Source of the DNA: a virus
Taxonomy: Duplodnaviria > Caudoviricetes
Length of the DNA stretch: 28,392 bases
Direction: 5' to 3' (one strand)
IMG/VR virus record: IMGVR_UViG_3300020044_004078
Coordinates: 1 to 28,392 of that record
The notes under the pieces are model-generated. The model made no database searches and was not told the DNA's origin. It worked only from the letters and a program-made list of their open reading frames with translations. Positions 8,701-16,765 of the stretch are shown here, one piece after another. Within the stretch, counting starts at the first letter, position 1, and the number at the start of each line of letters is the position of its first letter. The position numbers were made by a program, and so were the translations under genes.

Positions 8701-11114
8701 ACTCCATCAGCATTAGTTAAGATTGTAGTACCTCTAACTACTACTAATTGACTGCTTAAAGGAAATTGTCCACCAATTACAGCTCCAGCGCTATCACAAC
8801 TAATTGTTTGATTTTCATTGATTAAACCACCATTTAAACTATCGTCGCCTTCTTTTAAAGCATAAATAGTAATTTGATCGTATACAGTTTTTCCTGCTCC
8901 TGTTACTTCAACTCTTACTGTTTTAGTGCCTGTAGTAAAACTTGGCAATGTAAAAGAAGTGGCAGTTTGTCCTGCTTGTGTAGTAAACGTGGCTCCACTA
9001 TCAGTAGAAACTTTCCAAACGTATGTTGGGCTAGTGCCTAAGTTAAATACAGCAGTGCTTAAAGTTACACTTGTTGGACTGATTACTCCAGTATTTTTTG
9101 CTGCAGCAAATACTTGCCCAGTTGAGGTAAGAACGACTACTGGAGCCGATGCTCCATCAATAGACTTATTAATTGAAAGTGTTTTAGTTAAGGTTACTCC
9201 ATTAACTGTTGCGCTAAATGTAGCTTCTGCGAATTGCTGATTAATACTAGTAATACTAATATTACCATTAGCATCTATACTGTAAGTTGAAGCATCTCCA
9301 CCAGTATAACTTACTTTTGCAAAAGTAACTACAGGACTAGTAGTGCTACTTAATATTTTTGAACCTAGTGCAACGTATAGTGTAGTTGTAATAGGGAATT
9401 GTCCTGCAATAGGGGTCCCAGTACTATCACAACTAATTGTTTGGTTTTCATTTGCCAAACCTATTGAAATTGAGTCCGAGCCTTCTTTTAAACTATAAAC
9501 TGAAAATGTATCATAAACACTATAGATTCCTTCTGCAGCTGTAACTTTTACAGTTTTAACTCCAGAAGCTGGAAAGCTTTTTAAAACTAATGTATTTCCA
9601 GTGGCAGTTGCAACATCTGAAGTAAATGCTGCATCATTAATTAACCATGTATATGTTGGACTAACAAAATTGCTTTGAACTGCTGTTAAATTAATAACTG
9701 TAGGCACAGGTGTGTTAGTATTAATTGGAGTAATAAAAGCCTGATAATCAGCCCTAATATCAACAGCTCTAGCTGTTGCACCTTCTGTTCCTTGTTTCGA
9801 CTTTGCAAAACTTTGAGTAGTAATTATATCAGTAGTAACACCTGCAGTACTAACAACTCTTATTGTATAACTAATAGTAGCTACGTCAGCAGTCATTGCA
9901 CTGTGTGTATCGTACTCAATATAGTTTGTGCCTATAGAAGGACTAGTGTCACAAGTTATTCCTACACTGTCAATAGTTACTACTCTCCAAGTACCATTAG
10001 CAAATGGACTTACATTATCAACAGTTAAATATTTACTACCTTCTCTGACTTTAAGGATTGTTCCGCTTCCAATATAGTTAGAGGCAACAGTAGTACCATT
10101 TGTATTTGCTGGTATTAAGTGCGCTTCATTACTAGACTCAACAGTAATCTGTTCGCTACCATCGTTAGTTCTATAGATAGTAAATGTATCTGATATTCCT
10201 GCTAATGTGGCAATAACACGAATACTACCTAGTGCTACTCCTTTTAAATCAGCGTCTGCAGATGTAATAGTAATAACATTATTATTTTGTGTAAATGGAA
10301 CATTAGGATTAATACTTAACGGTAATCCCGCTCGCGTATATCCTGTCGCAGTAAACGTAGGAGTGCCTGTAAGATTAGCTAAACGTGCTGTAACTACAAT
10401 CTGTGAACTATCAGAAGTTGTTGCGTATTGATCTTTATAGGGAAATTGATTAGAAGTAGCGCTTAATTGAATTAAAGGCGCAGTTTGTCCTGCCTGTGCT
10501 TTGTAAACATTCCATACTTCTTCAAGTACTACGCCACCATAAGTTGCTGTAAAAGTTACATTACCACTAGTAGCAGTTAAACCTGTACAACTATAAGCAC
10601 CTGTAGTAGCATTAATAGTAGCACCAGTAATTTGATATGCACTATTTGCTTTAATTGCGTATGTTACCCCAACACCTGTTACATCTTGAGTACCAGTATA
10701 TACTTTAAAAATACCAGTAGCAGAAGCAAAATCTCCCCCAGTACCGTCAGTAGCTGTAGTAATGGGTGTAGGGTCGTTTGTTAAGTATCCGTATACAGTA
10801 GTGCTATCACCATATACTGTTTGTGTTAGTGGTGCAGATATTGTATATACAGTTGGATCGATAGCACTAATAAAAGCGTATCTAACATAGTATGTAGCAC
10901 TTGGTGTTAAGCCTGTAATAGGTATGGATAAACCACTGCCATTATAAACTAAAGTACCTTGATTATTATCTGGATTAAACGTACTACTAGACGAATACCA
11001 GACTTTAACAGATATTAGGTCATCCCTAATATCTGTTGTGCCATCTCTGACTTCTGTTGGAGTATCTAATACCAATTGTAATGATTTTACGCCCGGGTAT
11101 AAACGTGCTGCCAT
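5730..11114 (-). CDS. Large repeat-rich tail fibre / receptor-binding protein (1794 aa)
   Basis: N-terminal FN3-like motif (ITGLTPSATYYVRYAF), Thr/Ser/Gly-rich beta repeats, short Gly-X-Y linkers, and gpJ-C-like motifs (LKVGALSAITTNTGNLTV; NITFNGSQMTLNG). It lies between the tail-tip hub and a fibre chaperone. RBS AAGGA. Confidence 0.8.
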   Translation of the reverse strand: MAARLYPGVKSLQLVLDTPTEVRDGTTDIRDDLISVKVWYSSSSTFNPDNNQGTLVYNGSGLSIPITGLTPSATYYVRYAFISAIDPTVYTISAPLTQTVYGDSTTVYGYLTNDPTPITTATDGTGGDFASATGIFKVYTGTQDVTGVGVTYAIKANSAYQITGATINATTGAYSCTGLTATSGNVTFTATYGGVVLEEVWNVYKAQAGQTAPLIQLSATSNQFPYKDQYATTSDSSQIVVTARLANLTGTPTFTATGYTRAGLPLSINPNVPFTQNNNVITITSADADLKGVALGSIRVIATLAGISDTFTIYRTNDGSEQITVESSNEAHLIPANTNGTTVASNYIGSGTILKVREGSKYLTVDNVSPFANGTWRVVTIDSVGITCDTSPSIGTNYIEYDTHSAMTADVATISYTIRVVSTAGVTTDIITTQSFAKSKQGTEGATARAVDIRADYQAFITPINTNTPVPTVINLTAVQSNFVSPTYTWLINDAAFTSDVATATGNTLVLKSFPASGVKTVKVTAAEGIYSVYDTFSVYSLKEGSDSISIGLANENQTISCDSTGTPIAGQFPITTTLYVALGSKILSSTTSPVVTFAKVSYTGGDASTYSIDANGNISITSINQQFAEATFSATVNGVTLTKTLSINKSIDGASAPVVVLTSTGQVFAAAKNTGVISPTSVTLSTAVFNLGTSPTYVWKVSTDSGATFTTQAGQTATSFTLPSFTTGTKTVRVEVTGAGKTVYDQITIYALKEGDDSLNGGLINENQTISCDSAGAVIGGQFPLSSQLVVVRGTTILTNADGVTWSKVSETNMTSTIVSTTGVISVTAISPTTSITSASATYRATIGTTTIDKVFTLNKSTNGKPGDNATAYWLTVSAAAIKKNTANVFNPTSITATAYSSVGTAVPAVYSGRFKIYESGSATASYTSVADESTKTYTPSANATSVKIELYLAGGVTSKIDEQLVPVVVDGSSAVTAFLSNDSVTLNADSSGTVTSFVGATTTMYVFIGSVDDSTNWNYSTTKSNVTCTEASNSSIQTISSITGSTGYVDITASRTGYTSITKRFSISKVSNGSKGDQGTPGLPGTPGTPGTRTAILDMYKWAKDKPTSLFPSGSSTYTWSNGQFTAPATTNDWYLTPPTAVAGQTLWVARTVYADTGSSLTSPVTWTANSAFATGGAGDNGVNGTRTAYLEVYIWSQNTPTVFPSGTSTYTWSNGQFTAPTTANGWSLNPSASSPGFKLWGCSISYADTLTTATTTGIPWTTSTAYVVGAAGETGPTGPAGTPGTPGTTPNKYATVEMYQWSTAATIGVPSGTSTFTWATAVNSAYTGGNSWSTTVPTNPGTSGIKLWVATKQVTDIATATTTTVDWSTGYSTYVAGQNGQTVIGTQAAKPEVYVWALSTPGISGTSTYTWSNGAYNAPAGWSKDATTSPSAGFSLYTAIATVTDSATATSTTINWGTASIVISGYAGANGAPGAKGDTGSQGIQGVAGTPGTPGAKGDPGSTGASARTMYARIANNPVAGTGNVTVTGDNRPSTGAASGQWGAAFGVTWYAADPDPSSNNSLYVSDGIYNGATSTTWTPPYIASLKVGALSAITTNTGNLTVSDYIKANTAAISGTTMAAGTSGGILFNTGLFAFGNTSTNITFNGSQMTLNGNVVATGNLNPNSVTNTSAAYTAGIISATDSVNWTTAQSITFTTTGGTVFITSGGSETQGTWGDESGFNGSAPQVRIAVAGNALIEGRTSTMAYSVTPAAGTYTVQLQFRDDLTGFYGSMQYNSRLSNRSLFIMELKR

Positions 11115-11125
11115 GCTTATCCTTT

Positions 11126-14100
11126 TTAAGTAATAGTTTTAACAACTATTGTTGCAAGAGTGCTTTCTGCACTGTAGTTATTTGTTCTATCTACAGTTCT
11201 ACAGGCGACTCTATATGTTACTCCTGCTGCCGATAATCTAGGCGTAGGTTGATCTCTTAAATCAAATCTAGCCTCTTCTGTGCTACGTATAACTTTAATA
11301 TTATAAGCAGGATCAGTTGTGTCTAATTCCCAGAAATCTTCTGAGCCAGTGTCTTTGTATAGTCTATATTCATATGCTAAAACGTCATTTGGTTGTAAAG
11401 TAATGGCTGGTTTTGCTACAATAAATGTATGGTCTAAATCTATTGTTAATGCTGGCGCTGTTGCTGTACTTACACTTCGTCCTTCATTGCTAAAGGCTGA
11501 GTCAATGGACCAAGGCCCACAAATTGTACGATCAGCGTTTGTGTATCTAGCTCTAACCTTGTACTTTTTATTAGAGAATAAGTTAACAAATTCAAAATTG
11601 CTACTACTCTTATCTGTATCATAAAGAGTGCCTGGATTAGAATCCCATCCAGCTACATCACCTTCAATAATATCAAACTGTACTCGCGTAGCAACACCAG
11701 GTAAATCATTTGGATTTGTAAAAGCTACAATAGCTTTATTTTGGTAATTGCCAGTTGAAACTTGAGTGCTTTGAACGCTATCACTAGTAATGCTAGTAAT
11801 AATTGGATAGCTTGTAATCGTATTTTTTACTAATGTAATATTACTAGTAGATATTTTTGGATTATACACTAGCAAACCACTGAGATCTGCTGTATATATT
11901 TCTGGCGAATAATCAACCAGTGTTAATCTAGCACTATAGTTACTACTTGGTTCAACTGCTGTTACTATACAATCTTGCACAGTATTGGTAGTTAAACCTA
12001 TCATAAATAAGTTATCGGTTTTTACGCCATCTGCCAATGCTATTGTGGGTACTGTAATTGAAGTAGTATATCCTGTAGGTCCTGAATAAGTAAAGTTTCT
12101 TGTTATACTTCCACTACCAACAGTAGCAGTGAGATTATTAGTTCTAATCAGTATAACATATTGAGTACCATTAACTAATCGTACTGGCTCGGTTAATGTT
12201 AACACTGTTCCAGTTACTGCGTCGTCTACTCCTGGGCCTAAGCGACCGCTACCAATACCCCATTGCGGAATACTATGAGTAATTTTTACTTTATCTCCAC
12301 GAGTACAAACTAAGTGCTCAAAGTCTACATTAATTGTATACGTCTCTGGACGCAGTTTAATCTGTGCAAAGTGCCACCTAGCCAAGCGTGTAGCTTGATC
12401 TGGGTTTGTAACTCCAGGCAGATTTAACTGTTCAAATAATGTAGCTGCAATCTTACCATTTGCTGTTGTCGGGCCATAGCCGTAGTTATATACAATAATT
12501 TCATTTGCTTGATAAGCAAGTGTTTCATCGTTTAAGCTAATACGGAAAGCGTGTGGCAATACAGGTAATACTTTAGTAGATTCAAATCCCCAACTGTTAT
12601 GCTCAGTAAAATGCTGTACAGTATGTGAACGTTCAGTATCTATTACTACGCCCCATTTACCGTCAATATATGTTGGACTGGCTTTGCCGGCTGCACATAT
12701 ATCACGTAGTGTATCCATTACACTTTGTGTATTAGTTAATACTCCATTGTAAGCAAATTTAGGCTCATATGTAGCTTTACCGTCTCCTGTACCTGCTCGT
12801 ACAGGGTATATACCATCACCAACACTATAAACAATATCTGTAGTATCTGCTACAGTATTCCAGTTAGTTGTACCTAACTCTTTAATAACATAATATTTAC
12901 CAGCTTCTAAAGCTGTAGCATTTACAGTCTGAGGTATGGGATTACAGTAGTTATGCCAAGCAGTTAAACTAACTAAATCTATTTTAGCAGGCGTAACACG
13001 AAAAGCATTTGCTGGATGCATTAATACATATGCAAATAAACTTGCAGGATTATTTGTTTCTCGTAAATTTTGCCAACTACCAGTAGTTCTTTCATAGTCC
13101 CAGGTAATAGTTTGAACCACGGCATTAACACCATCTATTTGGCCATTTACTTTACTACTACTTTGTACTCGTACAGCTGTTTTTGCCAAATAGCAACCTG
13201 GCGGATTTTCCATAGGTAATTTTTGGCTATCATAGCCAGTAACATTAACTAAAAATGCTTTATGAAACTTTTTATAATCTACTTCATCTTCTGTTTCATC
13301 TAAGTTTGTACGACGAACTCTTACCTGATACTTAGCTCTTGGAAGATTTTCAACTGAGTGTACCCAGTTAAAAGCATCTTTACGTTTTGTAAACCATGCA
13401 CCTTCACCAAATGTAAGAATAGTATTGGCAGAAGCCTGGATGTTAACACCGTTATTGGCAGTATAAGTAATCCTAGCTGCTATACCATACTGAGTAGCTT
13501 GATTATCGACTCCATTTAACACAATATCATGAAGGCCCTTTTTAAGTTTAATCAGGCCTTTAATACTCTCTATTGTTTTTCCACCTGACTTAGGAATTTG
13601 TACAGCGCGTATTCCATCAATTAAAATCTCACCTTGATCGTCTGCTGCAGCTTCAACTATATAGTAGCCATCATAAGGAAAGTTAACATTACTTACTGTA
13701 TAGTTCCAGGTACCACCATAAGCATTAGGATTTGCAACAGTGGCGGCAGGAGTAGTATATCCTGTGCTACTCCAAACTCCGTAATTTGTTAAAAAGTCTC
13801 CCCAACTACCTGGGCCAGTTGCAGGTGCAACTCCTGTAGCAACAGTTGGAGTTAATAATCTATTAGTGCTCCATATCTCTACTTCGGTTGCAGTAAGGTC
13901 TATACCGCTAGCATCTCCATATACTCTGCCAGCAGTTATTTTAATAGTTTTAATTGCTGACGTACTCCAGGTTGCATCCATACCACTACCGGATACTTCT
14001 GGTGTTTCAATTAACTCATAAGTTAAACCAGTTTTACCACTGTATGTACTTATAGGGTGTGGAGTAATTTGTGTAACCGTACCACCATTACGTTCTTGGT

Positions 14101-15856
14101 ATACAGTATAGATTGGTAGATACCCTGTAGGTATTTGCGGTTGATAGCTTTTTACACCACTAGTACCTACAAGAGAGCTATACGCTGTTTGTTCATACAT
14201 TGCTTGTATAGGGTCCGTAGCATTATCAGCTAGGCGATCTGTTACGGCCCCGTCAAATCTCTGTATTCCACCATTGGGGGCAACACAAAAAGTAGTGTAT
14301 CTATATAAGTTTACTTCTAAAGTCGAGTCGCCAGGAGGAACCATAGTAAATAGTTGATACGCTGTAGTATCTCCTGCACTAAAACTATATACGTTTAATG
14401 CAGAGCTAGCGTCTTCTTCTGGCCAAGCAGTAATACTATATGGTCGCATTTGTATTTCAATGCCGCAAGTGGTTGCACCTACTTCACCATTTTTAGTATT
14501 AACTTTACGCATGCCTTCAGGAAAAGAAAGCACAATATCAACTGCATCAGAAACTTGATCTAAGTCAACTTGTTGCCACTTTTTAGTGCCTGCATGACTA
14601 GCTGTTATGTTAGTTGCGTTATTTGTTAATTCTAAGTTTACTTGCTTTTGTTGAACATCGCGACCATACAAGTTATTAAAAGCTCCTTTTAAACCACCTG
14701 CTGCGCCAGCAATATAGTCTCGTGCAAAACCATTTACAATAACTGGTCTTGGTACAGACGTAGGTTCGCCATAGTAATAATCATCTATTGGTTTAGAACC
14801 AATGCACAAATCTGTTATTGAAAGAGGCCCAAAGCCCCAAACAATAGCAGTATTTAAAATATTTGTTTCGGTTAGTGACTCGATATAGGGAATAGCCCCT
14901 AGCATACCAGTAAATCTAACTTTACCAAGTACAACAGGTATTGCTCCATATTGACTTGCTGAATTGGCGGCACCTGTTAATAGATTTAAACTATTAGCAC
15001 TACCTGGATCATTTGTTTTAGGCGGACGAATAGGTGCAATAACATTTTGCAAAACCATGCTAGCCATTTGAATAGATACGGCTGCAACTGCAATTGCTTG
15101 GTTACCTGTTAAAGTAACTCCGACACTACTGCCAATACTGCCACCTAAACTCTCTAATCCTGGCGCACCTAATGTAGCAGTTATTGCAACGGCTGCAAGT
15201 GTTATTAATAATCGTTTTGTTGAAGTTCCTTCAGCTACGCTTTTATAGCTAAGTTGCTGTCCACCTTTAACTACAGTAGTTTTCCATTCTGATTTAGGCA
15301 CAACTATACCATCAATCATAACTACTATTTTACTTACTAATTCTGTACTTACTGTATACTTGGATTTTACAAATTCTACAAAATCATGTACAGTAGTACC
15401 TTCTACTGTCCAATCTCGATATACACTAAGTTTTAATGGGTGTGGTGCTCCAACTGCTTGTACTTGTGATTGTGGAGCATATTTATAAAAACCTACAAAA
15501 CGGTTTTTCCACTTAATATTGGTTAAAGACTCAATTACTGAATCACTACCACGACGGCAATGTAAAAACTTATTGTCGCCAACAAATATACCAACGTGCA
15601 TAGGCTCACCAAAAATATTAAAAAGACATAAGTCTCCAATATTAGGTGTAGTTGTGTCTTCCCAGTTATCTTTATAAAGACTCACTACTTCTACAATATG
15701 TGGATCACTTCCACCAATGTATTCTTCAGTATAGCTGGGCAGATCTATCTCGTACTCACCTTTATAAAATAGGCGAGCCAAACCCCAGCAATCTACGCCA
15801 GTTTCGGTTCTGCCATTGTCTAGATAGGGTAGTCCAATATACTTATCATAATTCAT
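11126..15856 (-). CDS. Tail tip/hub protein: NlpC/P60 + gpI-like + gpJ-like fusion (1576 aa)
   Basis: YIGLPY...GVDCWGL (C23)...HVGIF (H87)...FLH (H99) is an NlpC/P60 signature. It is followed by a ubiquitin-like gpI-type segment, YGAIPVVLGKVR, hub motifs (VLSFPEG, YQVRVRR, TNNPA, TRGDKVKITH) and a C-terminal FN3-like motif (YKVRARY...GPWS). Confidence 0.85.
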   Translation of the reverse strand: MNYDKYIGLPYLDNGRTETGVDCWGLARLFYKGEYEIDLPSYTEEYIGGSDPHIVEVVSLYKDNWEDTTTPNIGDLCLFNIFGEPMHVGIFVGDNKFLHCRRGSDSVIESLTNIKWKNRFVGFYKYAPQSQVQAVGAPHPLKLSVYRDWTVEGTTVHDFVEFVKSKYTVSTELVSKIVVMIDGIVVPKSEWKTTVVKGGQQLSYKSVAEGTSTKRLLITLAAVAITATLGAPGLESLGGSIGSSVGVTLTGNQAIAVAAVSIQMASMVLQNVIAPIRPPKTNDPGSANSLNLLTGAANSASQYGAIPVVLGKVRFTGMLGAIPYIESLTETNILNTAIVWGFGPLSITDLCIGSKPIDDYYYGEPTSVPRPVIVNGFARDYIAGAAGGLKGAFNNLYGRDVQQKQVNLELTNNATNITASHAGTKKWQQVDLDQVSDAVDIVLSFPEGMRKVNTKNGEVGATTCGIEIQMRPYSITAWPEEDASSALNVYSFSAGDTTAYQLFTMVPPGDSTLEVNLYRYTTFCVAPNGGIQRFDGAVTDRLADNATDPIQAMYEQTAYSSLVGTSGVKSYQPQIPTGYLPIYTVYQERNGGTVTQITPHPISTYSGKTGLTYELIETPEVSGSGMDATWSTSAIKTIKITAGRVYGDASGIDLTATEVEIWSTNRLLTPTVATGVAPATGPGSWGDFLTNYGVWSSTGYTTPAATVANPNAYGGTWNYTVSNVNFPYDGYYIVEAAADDQGEILIDGIRAVQIPKSGGKTIESIKGLIKLKKGLHDIVLNGVDNQATQYGIAARITYTANNGVNIQASANTILTFGEGAWFTKRKDAFNWVHSVENLPRAKYQVRVRRTNLDETEDEVDYKKFHKAFLVNVTGYDSQKLPMENPPGCYLAKTAVRVQSSSKVNGQIDGVNAVVQTITWDYERTTGSWQNLRETNNPASLFAYVLMHPANAFRVTPAKIDLVSLTAWHNYCNPIPQTVNATALEAGKYYVIKELGTTNWNTVADTTDIVYSVGDGIYPVRAGTGDGKATYEPKFAYNGVLTNTQSVMDTLRDICAAGKASPTYIDGKWGVVIDTERSHTVQHFTEHNSWGFESTKVLPVLPHAFRISLNDETLAYQANEIIVYNYGYGPTTANGKIAATLFEQLNLPGVTNPDQATRLARWHFAQIKLRPETYTINVDFEHLVCTRGDKVKITHSIPQWGIGSGRLGPGVDDAVTGTVLTLTEPVRLVNGTQYVILIRTNNLTATVGSGSITRNFTYSGPTGYTTSITVPTIALADGVKTDNLFMIGLTTNTVQDCIVTAVEPSSNYSARLTLVDYSPEIYTADLSGLLVYNPKISTSNITLVKNTITSYPIITSITSDSVQSTQVSTGNYQNKAIVAFTNPNDLPGVATRVQFDIIEGDVAGWDSNPGTLYDTDKSSSNFEFVNLFSNKKYKVRARYTNADRTICGPWSIDSAFSNEGRSVSTATAPALTIDLDHTFIVAKPAITLQPNDVLAYEYRLYKDTGSEDFWELDTTDPAYNIKVIRSTEEARFDLRDQPTPRLSAAGVTYRVACRTVDRTNNYSAESTLATIVVKTIT

Positions 15857-16398
15857 TAGAATAATCCTGGAAAGTAGCTAGGGGTAAAACTAAAGCTAGG
15901 GAAAGGCTCAGTATTATAACTTACCATCCCTAAACTTAGAGTAACGTTTTCGGCATTGTATGTTGCCGATGTAATATAATAATCTTGTAATGTTGCTTCT
16001 ACATAATTAAGATTGCTTGAAATTACCAACTCTATTAAAACTTTAGTTCGTACTCGTAAATGATCTCTAATAACAGTAATCGTTTCTGGAGTAACAAAGT
16101 TTAGGGTAATTGAACAATCTCCTGGTCCTGTTTCCTGGTCGTTAGGTAAGTTTAGGGTCATTGGAATATATACATATTCAGTCGAATTACTTACAACACC
16201 ATAAACAACTTCATCGTCAGTAGTGGCAGACAGTCTTTGAGTATAATTATCACTTAATCTAATTGGAGTAGTTGCGGCTGCAGGATCAGTAGACCCATTA
16301 GGGTCATATATAGTTAAGAGCATTATAAGCTGTTCATCTGTTTCAGATGAAAACATAGCTTTAATGGCTGCTGGTGATAGTCTGCCTAATCTACTCAT
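15856..16398 (-). CDS. Minor tail protein, DUF1833-like (lambda gpL position; 180 aa)
   Basis: LSPAAIKAMFS...LLTIY...YIPMTLNLP...TEPFPSFSFTPSYFPGLF pattern, second gene after the tape measure, TAATG coupling at both ends. Confidence 0.7.
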   Translation of the reverse strand: MSRLGRLSPAAIKAMFSSETDEQLIMLLTIYDPNGSTDPAAATTPIRLSDNYTQRLSATTDDEVVYGVVSNSTEYVYIPMTLNLPNDQETGPGDCSITLNFVTPETITVIRDHLRVRTKVLIELVISSNLNYVEATLQDYYITSATYNAENVTLSLGMVSYNTEPFPSFSFTPSYFPGLF

Positions 16399-16763
16399 TA
16401 TGGTAATATCTCAAATTTTAACGAAGTACTCCAGTATCCTGGCGCTAAATATTGCAACTTGAAAAACTCTCCATCTCCGCTGGGAACTATGCGCACTTCT
16501 ACGCTAGTGTTTGTACGAGGGTGTGGAAAGCTAAAGCGTTTAGTGCCCAATAAAGTATTTTTAATAAAATTCTCTAAGTTTGTGGTTTGAGCTGTTGTCA
16601 TTATAAAACTCAGGTCCATCGTACTAACTCCGGCTCCTCTACGACGCATTTTAGCAGGACCGGAGTCCATTGGTGAACGTATAACGTTCAGTGCAATAGA
16701 CTCCGTAAACCCTTTTTGTGGTACCTGTGGTAGCGATTGGGCTGACCATGCTGGAATTGTCAT
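16398..16763 (-). CDS. Distal tail protein (Dit / lambda gpM-like; 121 aa)
   Basis: W...LPQ...VIRSPMDSGPAKMRRR...FSFPHP motif, small size, immediately after the tape measure gene. Confidence 0.72.
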   Translation of the reverse strand: MTIPAWSAQSLPQVPQKGFTESIALNVIRSPMDSGPAKMRRRGAGVSTMDLSFIMTTAQTTNLENFIKNTLLGTKRFSFPHPRTNTSVEVRIVPSGDGEFFKLQYLAPGYWSTSLKFEILP

Positions 16764-16765
16764 AC

